From assembly GCF_001194135.2 (NCBI RefSeq), contig NC_068985.1:85241496-85273796 (forward strand): a DNA stretch of 32,301 nucleotides, given 5' to 3'. Under the pieces are notes generated by a model. That model saw only the letters and a program-made list of their open reading frames with translations, was not told where the DNA came from and did not search any database. The translations under genes were made by a program, and so were the position numbers. Below are positions 1 to 10,534 of the stretch, one piece after another. This stretch comes from Octopus bimaculoides (lineage: Eukaryota). The number at the start of each line of letters is the position of its first letter. The first letter of the stretch is position 1.

Positions 1-400
1 GAAGAAAAAAAACGCTTTCTAATTGATGTATCAATACCAGCAGATGACAACGTTTCCCTAAAAGAAATGGAAAAACTTTCAAAATACAAAGACCTAGAAA
101 TAGAAGTAACTCGAATGTGGAATCTAAAAACAGAAACAATTCCTATCATAGTAGGTGCCTTAGGTATAATAAAAAAATATTCAGACAAATACATAACAAA
201 AACACAAGGACTTACAAATATATATACCATACAGAAAATTGCACTACTGGGCACTGCACACATCCTACGCAAAACACTTTCAATACAGTAACCATAAGAG
301 CATCACAGCAAACCACAGCACATACCCAAGGCACACAGAGCTGCACTCGGTAGTGAAGTGAAAGCAAGTTATAAAAATAAAACTACTGAACAATAATAAA
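1..400 (+). mobile_element. 3' end of an R4/Dong-clade non-LTR retrotransposon (restriction-like endonuclease domain, 3' UTR)
   Basis: Frame 1 is open 1-291: EEKKRFLIDVSIPADDNVSLKEMEKLSKYKDL..MWNLKTETIPIIVGALG..IQKIALLGTAHILRKTL*, the typical R4-type RLE C-terminus. An A/AAT-rich tail follows near 370-400. Confidence 0.85.
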
Positions 401-439
401 AGTGAAATAGAACCAGTGCATGTGTTTATTATTAATATT

Positions 440-796
440 ATGACCCACCTAAGATACAAAAAAGAACCCCATTCCACTGTCTCTAAATGACCATAGGATT
501 GCACCTGGAAAGTTCCCCTTCAAGGCACAAGCCCAGGCAAGGTTGTTTATGGAAGACCAACAGTTACCCATGCATAGCAGCCTCCTCTCTCCATACTACC
601 AATGTTATCCAAGAGAAAGGCAAAGACCAATACAGTTTGGAACCAGTGATGTAACTCATTTCTACAGCTGAGTGAACTGGAGCGACACGAAATAAAGTGT
701 CTTGCTCAAGAACACAACATGCAGCCCAGTCTTGGAATTGAACTCGCTACCTCATGATTGTGAGTCTGACACTAATTATTGAGCCATGTGCCTTCA
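440..796 (-). mobile_element. tRNA-head SINE (family B), diverged
   Basis: Minus strand starts tgaaggcacatggctcaataattag (A-box-like) and gagttcaattcc (B-box-like), then cttgagcaagacactttatt. Left boundary approximate. Confidence 0.7.
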
Positions 797-1175
797 TTCC
801 CTACTAGGCCAAGCTAGTATTTAGTGAAACTGGGCCAAATGGAGAGTGGTCCTAAAAGGGCTCAATCTCAAGTTGACTAAGTCTTAGTACTGTAAGCCAA
901 AGAATGATAATAAAAACGAGTCCTATCGCTACCATTGTGACTGCTGACACAACACAGAAAATGTTACAACCTCCAAGAAATGTCAGCCAAATTTCTCTAA
1001 AACTATACTTTACCATATTTAAAAAAAAAAAGGACATATTTAGATAGCTGCGAATACCGTCTGTAAATAAATGGCATGGTTATGGTTGAAATGTCTTTGA
1101 TCACAGAACAGATCTGCTTGATCAGAGCTGATCTACAGCCAAATAACAATATCACCATGACTACTGATATGATAT

Positions 1176-1972
1176 GTGTTGCTGCATCAATCATCAGCAT
1201 TTAACATCCACTTTCCATGCTGGCATGGATTGGATAGCTTGACAGGAATTGGCAAGGCCAGGGGCCACTCCAGATTCCACACCAATATTTTTTATGTGGT
1301 ACTTTGCCATATCATTATCTACAGCATCATCATCATTTAATACCTGTTTGCCATCATCATTTAAACAAACATTTTTTCCATACCTGTTATTTTGTCCAAC
1401 CCATGCTAGCATGGAAAGCGGGCGTTAAACGAAACTTCTCATAGTGTTTCAGTATTTTTACAGCAGAGAGGCAGACATCAGCTTCAAAGTAAGTCTTTTT
1501 CCTCTTTAGATTGTTTAGTCATGGAAGGACAGCCAGTGACTCTTTCTAAGGCTTCCGACACTAAGGTAAGGTGGGAGGAAGGAATTCTCTTACTGGAGAA
1601 ATGGCCCCAGGTGCTTGCAAGAGAGTGGACTCTGCTAAAAATACCCAAGGTGTTAATCTGCAAGATGGATTATGTATGTTTGCCATCCATGTAGGCCATG
1701 GTGAGATTGGAACCAAAACTGATAGCCAGGACAAATACTGCAATCTGCAAAGTACCGCATAAAAAGCATTAGTGTGGGTGTTGGCACCACATTAAAAGCA
1801 CTCGCTACGTTCTGTAGTGGTAGGCATTAGGAAGGGCATCCAGCCATAGAAACCAAGCCAAAACAGACTGGAATCTGGAGTAGCCCCTGGCCTTGCCAAT
1901 TCCTGTCAAGCTATCCAACCCATGCCAGCATGGAAAGTAGATGTTAAATGTTGATGATTGATGCAGCAACAC
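1176..1972. repeat. 104-bp inverted repeat pair (1176-1279 and 1869-1972), 589-bp spacer
   Basis: Hand alignment gives 100/104 identity; all four differences are transitions. Confidence 0.95.
1760..1962 (+). mobile_element. RTE-type 3' tail element
   Basis: ggcattaggaagggcatccagcc...ccatgccagcatggaaagtagatgttaaatg followed by a (GAT)n-like tail. Confidence 0.75.
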
Positions 1973-2236
1973 GTCTCATTCAATGCTCTGACAATTCTGC
2001 CAGTCCACTGCCCTAGACTGACACTTTATTTAACGACTCCAGAAACATGTAAGGTAAAAGTCGATGTTGGAAAGGCAAAGCAAATCTTAATGGCTATGGA
2101 TTATGGACCACAGATATTTCATGTAATTAACCAATACCGTAATAACTTGACTAGTTATGGCCTTCGAAATCATGTAAGCGAATGAAAGAAATACAAAATA
2201 AAAAAAAGAGAAGATAATTTTTATTGATTTCCTTAC

Positions 2237-2327
2237 CTCCCACATACGAGAGCCTGGTCGAGCAGAGTAGATTAAAGGCGTTGAAAGACTGGAGTTGTGG
2301 TAGAAACAAGTTCCAAACTTTCCATCT
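2237..2327 (-). CDS. HPS5: HPS5 coding exon 7 (91 nt); gene continues off the left edge
   Basis: gtgttttgtAG acceptor and GTAAG donor. Encodes (R)DGKFGTCFYHNSSLSTPLIYSARPGSRMWE; the ARPGSRMWE motif matches HPS5. Confidence 0.94.
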
Positions 2328-2559
2328 CTACAAAACACATTCAATAATTGATATATGACATTTTTTTGAAGTTGTATGTTTTTTGTTTTTGTTTTTTTGT
2401 TTTGATTCTTTTTTTAACTTTTGGAAATCACTGAATGAGTTAATAATAAAACATTGTCCTTTAGAAGAACCAGAAGAACATGCAAAATGTTAGCTGTTAG
2501 AATCTTTTTATTGCTGAAGGTGATTACACAACTCCTGCTCTTTTGTCATTCATACATAC

Positions 2560-2868
2560 ATCATCATCATCATCATCATCGTTTAACGTCCGCTTTCCAT
2601 GCTAGCATGGGTTGGACGATTTGACTGAGAACTAGTGAAACCGGATGGCAACACCAGGCTCCAATCTAAATTTGGCAGAGTTTCTACAGCTGGATGCCCT
2701 TCCTAACGCCAACCACTCAGAGAGTGTAGTAGGTGCTTTTACGTGTCACCTGCACGAAGGCCAGTCAGGCGATACTGGCAACGGCCACGCTCGAAATGGT
2801 GTCTTTTATGTGCCACCCACACAAGCCAGTCCAGGGGCACTGGCAACGATCTCGCTCGAAAATCCTAC
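2560..2868 (-). mobile_element. Young RTE-type 3' UTR copy, truncated by N-gap
   Basis: (CAT)n then cgtttaacgtccgctttccatgctagcatgggttggacg..., near-identical to 30867-31127. Confidence 0.85.
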
Positions 2869-3313
2869 NNNNNNNNNNNNNNNNNNNNNNNNNNNNNNNN
2901 NNNNNNNNNNNNNNNNNNNNNNNNNNNNNNNNNNNNNNNNNNNNNNNNNNNNNNNNNNNNNNNNNNNNNNNNNNNNNNNNNNNNNNNNNNNNNNNNNNNN
3001 NNNNNNNNNNNNNNNNNNNNNNNNNNNNNNNNNNNNNNNNNNNNNNNNNNNNNNNNNNNNNNNNNNNNNNNNNNNNNNNNNNNNNNNNNNNNNNNNNNNN
3101 NNNNNNNNNNNNNNNNNNNNNNNNNNNNNNNNNNNNNNNNNNNNNNNNNNNNNNNNNNNNNNNNNNNNNNNNNNNNNNNNNNNNNNNNNNNNNNNNNNNN
3201 NNNNNNNNNNNNNNNNNNNNNNNNNNNNNNNNNNNNNNNNNNNNNNNNNNNNNNNNNNNNNNNNNNNNNNNNNNNNNNNNNNNNNNNNNNNNNNNNNNNN
3301 NNNNNNNNNNNNN
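2869..3313. other. Assembly gap (others at 7083-7468, 12357-12366, 13199-13208, 18876-19328)
   Basis: Runs of N, mostly next to microsatellites or young repeats. Confidence 1.
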
Positions 3314-3346
<33 letters not shown>

Positions 3347-3357
3347 TATACATACAG

Positions 3358-3406
<49 letters not shown>

Positions 3407-3423
3407 TACACATGTATACATAT

Positions 3424-3890
3424 ATGAAAGGAGAAAAGCCAATGAAGGCAGCAAGGACAAACAGTCTACTACATGTGGCCCGATCATGGAACATGTGAGT
3501 GGACCTGGAAGAAAGACTGCAGTTTCCCCAAGTCATCCATCCAACCCTGAAACCAGATATATTTTTGTGGTTTGAAAAGGCAAGGAAAATGATCTGATCT
3601 TGGGTGAGTTTACAATCCCATTAGAAGAAGGGTGTGGTCAGGCTTTTGAAAGGACATGTGCCAAGTATGAGAGCCTTCTGCAGGATTGCAGGCAGAAGGG
3701 ATGGCAATCATGGCTTTTCCATGATTAGCTATAGGTAATTTCCTGCCCAGTGGGTATGGAGGATGCTTACAACCATTGGAATGAGATGTGAAGAGTGTAC
3801 AGGATGAGAGAGGTAGCAGAAACAGCCTCTTGCTGGTTATAGAGCAAGAGAGAGGAGTTTAACTGGAAGCCAGGAGATGATGAGCAGTGA
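3424..3890 (+). mobile_element. Degenerate 3' ORF end of a Hero-like RLE non-LTR retrotransposon
   Basis: Reads SLLHVARSWNM*VDLEERLQFPQVIHPTLKPDIFLW, then after a 5-nt tgatc duplication ILGEFTIPLEEGCGQAFERTCAKYESLLQDCRQKGW, then EVAETASCWL*SKR. Matches the recalled Hero pattern W..VDL..L.FP..RPDIVLW..ELTVPWEE..ERK..KY..EAAE.AS.WLW.KR. Confidence 0.78.
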
Positions 3891-4046
3891 TTTGACCACC
3901 TCTTCTGACTAATGGGAGGGTGTTATGGTTCAGAATTGAAACACCTGATAATCATAGATACTGTCTAATGATATCAATTCCTCCTGGCCAATATTCCATT
4001 CACTTTTGTGATAGGAAAAGAAGCAACTTCTTCTGGGTGATATCAA

Positions 4047-4200
4047 TAACATCATCATCATCGTTTAACGTCCGCTTTCCATGCTAGCATGGGTTGGACG
4101 ATTTGACTGAGGACTGGTGAAACCGGATGGCAACACCAGGCTCCAATCTAATTTGGCAGAGTTTCTACAGCTGGATGCCCTTCCTAACGCCAACCAGCTG
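4047..4200 (-). mobile_element. Truncated RTE-type 3' tail copy
   Basis: Same catcatcgtttaacgtccgctttccatgctagc sequence; ends next to (TA)n. Confidence 0.85.
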
Positions 4201-4206
4201 TAGAAC

Positions 4207-4237
<31 letters not shown>

Positions 4238-5725
4238 CAATTAAATTTCTTTGATTTATCATTTTCTCAACCAGTTTCATAACTATTATGATAATCTTGG
4301 GGAGAACAAAATAGCTAAGTTTCACTTAAGTATTTTCAAGAAGTATTTATGTTAATGCTGATCAAAGCTGTAATAGCAACTTCTATTTACACACAGTTTG
4401 TATTTCTTAATAAAAACAATTCGTTTATTCCTCTGTATCTGATAAGTAATATTGTCACAACATGGAGAAAACTTGACATTTAAAGAATTTGTTTACTGTA
4501 CATAAATCTAAATCTTCACTAACAGATGATGTTGGGTATTAATATTTTTTGTAACTGATGATGATGTACAGCCATTCTTTTCCTCAAAATGAAACCTGTT
4601 TACCAGATGTAATCTTCCTTACATCCATTACATTTACTAACAAATTGAATTCTCTAATGCACAAATGAAGTTATTATTCCTTATGGTAAATATTCGAGCT
4701 GACTTAAATTCATAAGCTGCATTATACCTTCAATAAGATTAACACAAATTCTGCAGTTAGGGTATATATTTACAAAGGAAATGATGAAACATGCCATTTT
4801 TGCAATTCATTTTATAAGTTTGATCCCACTTTATGGTATTTAGGAAAGTGTCTTCTACCATAGCTTTCAGTAATTCATAATTCAATTTAGTTCCACATGT
4901 ACATCCTCAGATAGTTTTCACACTATTTGTATATAGTCATAGACCAGGGATTCAGTTTGTCATTGGTTCAATCCAAATGCATGATGTTGAAAAGCCACAA
5001 TAATGGCAAAATATCAGTATCCACCACCCTTGGATTTGATCCAAGGTGAGTTGTCTCACCTGGTCTATGACTTCCAGGTGTTTTTAGGGAGTTGTCACAC
5101 CTAGTTTATGACTTTCGTGCATTATTAGAGAATTTCCCTAATCACTGTCCTGCAGCAAATTTGGCAAATAAACAAAGCACATACATTATGCATGCACAAT
5201 TGATAATGTTTACATAACTAGAGTTGCTTTTAATTTGTAATTTAACATAAAGCAGTGTCTTAGTATTTGAATTAAGCTTTTATTATTATTAACATTCATT
5301 CTCTGAGTTCAGTACCTTTGGGTCAACTTGCATTTCATTCCTCACAGGTTGATAAAACAATTACAAGTTACATAACATGTCAAACTAATTGACTTCATAC
5401 CCTCTCCTACAAATTTATGCACTTCCACTGATCTAAGAATTCATTATTAACATTAATTTTTAATCAGTTTTCAAAACCCTCATTACTACACTATATTGCT
5501 GTCCAAGTGAACCATCTCTTCCAATCATATCAAGTAAAACCTTCAACTTTTCTGAATATTTTAGCAAGGTTCCAGTTAACTTTTTAGTGATGCCTATTGT
5601 AAAATATTGTCCAGACATTACTATTAGACAAGCCTCTCTGTTTGGTGTTTTAGAACATGACCTTTAAACCAAGTATTGAGAAGAAGATCTATCAAGCCAA
5701 GTAAAATTACAGTTGTAGCAGATAC

Positions 5726-5900
5726 TGGTGTTACACAAATGGCACCCATGTCAGTGACACATAAAAGCACCCAGTATACTCTCAGAGTGGTTGGCATTAG
5801 GAAGGGCACCCAGCCACAGAAACCATGCCAAATCAGACTGGAGTCTGGTGCAGAATGTAAAGATGGACGAAATGCCGCTAAGCTAATGATTCTGCCAATG
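5726..5900 (+). mobile_element. RTE-type 3' UTR fragment abutting a family-D SINE head fragment
   Basis: taaaagcacccag..ggcattaggaagggcacccagcc, then aatgtaaagatggacgaaatgccgctaagc..gattctgcca. Confidence 0.6.
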
Positions 5901-5903
5901 TAA

Positions 5904-6065
5904 CTAATGTTACAAAGTATTTTGTACAATGGAAACTAACTAAATGGAAAAGAAAAAAGGCATTAGAGGAGCAATGCATACCCTGCATGCAGATAAATTA
6001 TTTTGCAAATTATAGTGTGGCTTACAATGCGCTACTTACCCATGCTTTTAAATTGAACTGAATTT
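5904..6065 (+). repeat. About 160-bp direct repeat, copy 1 (copy 2 at 7971-8130)
   Basis: ctaatgt.acaa.gtattttgtacaat.gaaactaactaaatggaaa...ttacccatgcttttt..attgaac.gaattt occurs in both; about 90% identical by eye. Confidence 0.85.
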
Positions 6066-6400
6066 TTTTTTTTAAGTGTCACCATTATAGGTATTTATAC
6101 CCCGGTGAAATTAGGAAATCAACTTATAAATAAATGAAACTCTCGAATCCATCACTGTACACAAATACACACACACACATCTGAAGATAATCAAACCAAA
6201 TTTTCAGCATTTTGAGCCACTCAACCAATGAGTATTTTTGCCAAATTTGGTGAAAATCTCTTCAGCCGTTTTCCAGTAATTTTGCAAACACACAAAAACA
6301 AGTTATTACAATCCCATGCGTTTGCTTACACGTGCAGAGTAATAACTCACATGCCATAGGTCCACTCATACAATATGTCAGTAATTTATAAGTGGGTTAC

Positions 6401-6433
6401 CTGAGCTTTTTTCCAATCTGGAAATACTTGGCC
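6401..6433 (-). CDS. HPS5: HPS5 coding exon 6 (33-nt microexon)
   Basis: ctatttttcatttctAG acceptor and GTAACC donor. Sequence G GCC AAG TAT TTC CAG ATT GGA AAA AAG CTC AG gives (K)AKYFQIGKKL(R). It fills exactly the 11-codon gap expected from HPS5 EKFWKIGNKER. Phase 2/2. Confidence 0.9.
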
Positions 6434-6470
6434 CTAGAAATGAAAAATAGAAAAACCACAAAAATTAATT

Positions 6471-6514
<44 letters not shown>

Positions 6515-6761
6515 TAGATAGATAGATAGATATAGATCGCTAGCCACTAAACCTTTTTTTTTTCTCACTCCATTTTATTTTCTCTCCCTGTTTATTTCTC
6601 TGTTCCTTTCTGTCGAGGAGCATAGGCTCAAAACAAAAAAGACTTTCTTACTTCTTGACCATTAACCAAATACATTTGTTTGTTGTTTACACACCCTCTT
6701 CATCTTTTGTTTTTTGGGTTTTTTATTTTGGAAATTCTCACTATATATATATATATATATA

Positions 6762-7860
6762 CTAGCAGTATAGCCCGGCTTTGCCTGGGATTAAGTTGGG
6801 ATTATTAAGCTAATTAAGTTCTTTATTTCAAACCAAACTAAATAACATGACGTCAAATTTGGGCAGAATCAGTGTTGCAACTAGGGCGCATGGGTTGGGA
6901 GTTTGATCAGCAGAGGTGATCAGGTTACACATGCCATCCCTTTGAAAACACCACTGCCATCATCTAACCCCTCTTTGCCCATGGGTTAGGAAACCTTCCA
7001 GCAAGGAAAATAGAATGACCAAAAGGGCTCCCAATTCTCTGTGTCAGAAGCGGTTCTGTTCAGATCACAATAAAGTCTTAAGNNNNNNNNNNNNNNNNNN
7101 NNNNNNNNNNNNNNNNNNNNNNNNNNNNNNNNNNNNNNNNNNNNNNNNNNNNNNNNNNNNNNNNNNNNNNNNNNNNNNNNNNNNNNNNNNNNNNNNNNNN
7201 NNNNNNNNNNNNNNNNNNNNNNNNNNNNNNNNNNNNNNNNNNNNNNNNNNNNNNNNNNNNNNNNNNNNNNNNNNNNNNNNNNNNNNNNNNNNNNNNNNNN
7301 NNNNNNNNNNNNNNNNNNNNNNNNNNNNNNNNNNNNNNNNNNNNNNNNNNNNNNNNNNNNNNNNNNNNNNNNNNNNNNNNNNNNNNNNNNNNNNNNNNNN
7401 NNNNNNNNNNNNNNNNNNNNNNNNNNNNNNNNNNNNNNNNNNNNNNNNNNNNNNNNNNNNNNNNNNNNACACACACGCACGTATGTACACCAATTGCATA
7501 CATATTTTTTGTACGCATACATGTTCGGATGTGTGTGTGTGTTGCCCATATATCAACAAAACACATACACACATCTTGCGTTACATATATATAACAAACA
7601 TACAATTTCTCTCTCTCGCGCACCTTCACGCGCGTACGCACAGATTTGACTTCGCCATGTCAACAAACTTCAAAATTCGTAAAAGTTTATTGATTTTTAC
7701 AGCTATACGCGGGTGCCTCTGAGAGAAAAAGTTGGCCAAAATGCACATAAGGTCATGACACATCACCTTCTAAAATTGGAGCGACATGCGTGCTAATTTG
7801 TGGACGTGCATAAACCACATTCACGTACACACACACAAACATCCTCTCTTTTATATATAT
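6762..7860 (+). mobile_element. Helentron/HINE-like non-autonomous element spanning a gap
   Basis: Starts actagcagtatagcccggctttgcctggg (CTAG plus GC stem), CpG-rich body, ends acacacaaacatcctctcttttatatatat. Continuity across the gap is assumed. Confidence 0.5.
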
Positions 7861-8400
7861 ATACACACACATGTAAATAGGAAACAAAAATGAATGAATA
7901 TTTACTAAATATTAACACTTCTTAATATATACCAATGATTCTGCCAGTTCACTACCTTACCCCAACGCTCCTAATGTCACAAGGTATTTTGTACAATAGA
8001 AACTAACTAAATGGAAAGAAAAGGGCATTGGAGGGGCAATGCATATCCTGCATGCAAATAATTTTTTTTGCAAAATATAGTGTGGCTTACAATATGCTGC
8101 TTACCCATGCTTTTTAATTGAACCGAATTTGATGCATACATGGTTCTGAAGTACACCCACAGCTGGTGAACAGTTTAATTCTGTATGAACTACTGACTCA
8201 ACCACAATATTTCTGAGTAATCTGTTTAGCCAAAGAGATGCAAAAGTGCTTTAAGCTAATTTGCCACAACCTATATGATTCCCTGCCTGTCTATGACTTT
8301 CAGGTGTTTTAATGCCCAGTGCTTTGAGGGAGTCATCCCCAGCACATAAAATTGCAGCAGACCAGTGAACAAGCAAAACACATACATTGAGGTTGGTAAT

Positions 8401-8403
<3 letters not shown>

Positions 8404-8450
<47 letters not shown>
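8404..8450. repeat. (GA)n microsatellite (many other TA, CA, GA, CAT and TTA tracts in the window)
   Basis: Direct reading. Confidence 0.95.
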
Positions 8451-8453
<3 letters not shown>

Positions 8454-8519
8454 TAAGGATAAGCAAGTCAGGCAGGTCAATATACAAAGTATATTAAATA
8501 CATGAAATACAAAAAATGC

Positions 8520-9260
8520 ATTATGTTTACATACAAAAAGGTCTGACTTACACAGAATAGAAATGATATCAAGAATTAAAGAAAAGTATTACAAATCCAA
8601 CAGCTGTTTTTGGGGGCTTGATAGCCCAAAATAATTGATTCCATCATCCGATGAGACAAGCCTCCATCTTCAGGGAAAAAATCTTACATTTGAAGCTCAA
8701 AGATGGAATGATTTTGTGGAGAGCTAAATATATTCGAGGGGGGAACTGGGGAGGTATTCAAATAGAGAATAGTGAGAGGAGAAAATAAGTTTCAAGGGCT
8801 AGAGCTTAATAAGGAGGCTAGTAGGGAGTTATAGTAGTAGAGGTGGAAAGTAGGGTTAGGGTTAGGTGAATGGTAGTCCTTTGTGTTAGTGTGTATGAAT
8901 GCTATAGGATTAATGGTTGGGATAGTGAGAAAGGGAATGGCCATTATTTGAGGAAAGTAAGTTGAAGGGGGTACAGTGGGGGGGGGGTGAGTTGGTGGTC
9001 AATATAGCAGTTGTTAGTGGGGCAAAGGAATTGGGTTGGTATTGGAGGGGGGATGCCATGGTATGTAGAGGTGTATGAAGTTGAATAGAGGATGTGAATA
9101 GGGAGGGGTAGAGGTTGGCAGGTTAGTATCCAAAGGAATGGTGTAGTATTAAGTACTTTTGATAAGGAGGAGAGAAAAGAGGCTACTTAGGAGGATGGGG
9201 AGGCTAGAGGGAAGTGAGAAGTAGTGGTTTAGAAGAATTTGGAAAGGTATGCTTGAAAAA
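8520..9260 (-). mobile_element. Penelope-like element relic with decayed hammerhead motif (8596-8676)
   Basis: Minus strand CC-CTGAAGA-TGGAGGCTTG...CAAGCCCCCA-AAAAC-AGCT-GTT-GGA, preceded by about 500 nt of C/T-rich sequence. No recognisable ORF. Boundaries approximate. Confidence 0.4.
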
Positions 9261-9498
9261 GATTAATAGTTATTTTCTTGATCCTGAAAAGATGAAGGCC
9301 AAAGTTGACTTTGATGGCATTTGAACTTAGAGCATAAAGCTAGAAGACATGCAGCTATGCATTTTGTCTGGCATTATAAAAAAAGATAGATGGCTACGCC
9401 AGTTGGTGGTGAAGAGAATTCAGGGTGTACCTACAGCTTACAAGAAAGTGAATATAAGAGAAGTGGTTCAGAATATTGGACTGAGTGAAATTACTTAC

Positions 9499-9629
9499 TT
9501 GTCTGTTAGACATAAGTAGCATCTTGTTAGAGTAGAAACTAATAACTTCTCACGGGCCCAATCCATCTGAACAATGGCTGAGTCTAAGTTGAGTATCACG
9601 TCAAGGGGTTGGCCAAACAAATCTTTAGC
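9499..9629 (-). CDS. HPS5: HPS5 coding exon 5 (131 nt)
   Basis: ttttctttatctttcAG acceptor and GTAAGT donor. Encodes AKDLFGQPLDVILNLDSAIVQMDWAREKLLVSTLTRCYLCLTD plus AA, like HPS5 [27 protein letters not shown]. Confidence 0.93.
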
Positions 9630-9699
9630 CTGAAAGATAAAGAAAAATTATTATTATTATTATTAATATCATCATTATTGGTGAAAAGCACTCATATTC

Positions 9700-10175
9700 C
9701 ACATAAAGACGCTCATGCTTGTACCACATAAAGGTGTTTGTGCTGGTGCCACATAACCGAGCTCATGCTGGTGCCATGTTAAAAGCACCCAGCACACATT
9801 GTAAAGTGGTTGACATTAGGAAGGGCATCAAGCCATAGAAACTAAGCCAAATCAGACTGTAACCTGGTGTAGCTCTCCTGCTTGCTACCTCTGGTCAAAC
9901 CCATGCTAGCATGGAAAACGGATGTTAAAGGGTGATGATGATGATTATCTATGTAAAAAGCATTGGCGAGGGTGCTGGTGTCATATAAAAAGCACTGGTG
10001 ATGGTGCCATGTAAAAAGCACCCAGGACCCTCTGTAAAGTGGTAGGCATTAGGAAGGGCATCCAGCTATATGAGTCATGCCAAAACAGACAATGGAACCC
10101 GGTGGGATCCCTCGCCTTGCCAGTTTCTGTCAAGCCATCCGACCTTTGCACATTGAATGTAGATGATAATGATGA
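9700..10175 (+). mobile_element. Two adjacent diverged RTE-type 3' UTR copies (about 9700-9945 and 9960-10175)
   Basis: Each has gtgccatgt.aaaagcaccc repeats, an aggaagggcatc motif and a (GAT)n tail. Confidence 0.7.
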
Positions 10176-10332
10176 TTATAGCTATTGTTATTGATGTGAT
10201 TAGTATTACTATTACAGGTGTTGTTGCTATTCATGTGACTGGTAATATTTTATAACCAAAAACTGGCACTTTGGATTCATTTGTGTCACATCCTAAGAAA
10301 TAATATCTGTTAACTCCTCTTCGAGTTCTTTT

Positions 10333-10534
10333 TTAACCCTTTAGCAATTAAACTGGCCATATTTGGCTCAAATATTTTACCTGTTTTATGGCTGGATCTG
10401 GCCTCCCACACCTATCATACAATGTAATTCTAAAAACACACAATCACATCACTGAAATCTTAAAGTTACAAGATAATGCATAATAAATTCAAAACAATGC
10501 ATTTGACAAAGTAATCTGAATGCCAAAAGGTTAA
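10333..10534. mobile_element. piggyBac-type MITE (family E), reverse orientation
   Basis: TTAA-CCCTTTAGCA ... tgccaaaagg-TTAA. Confidence 0.8.

Noticed and set aside
1464-1566. Plus-strand exon-like segments (ttacag..gtaagt; ctttag..gtaagg)
   Set aside because: The intervening intron would be only about 21 nt and no homology is evident; likely chance sites.
1-2236. Next HPS5 exon (VNFDGEVISTHQFK-like)
   Set aside because: No matching minus-strand frame found; it presumably lies left of the window.
2645-3575. Long ORFs of 200-280 aa (also 6986-7722 and 18828-19550)
   Set aside because: They are open only because they run through N gaps and microsatellites.
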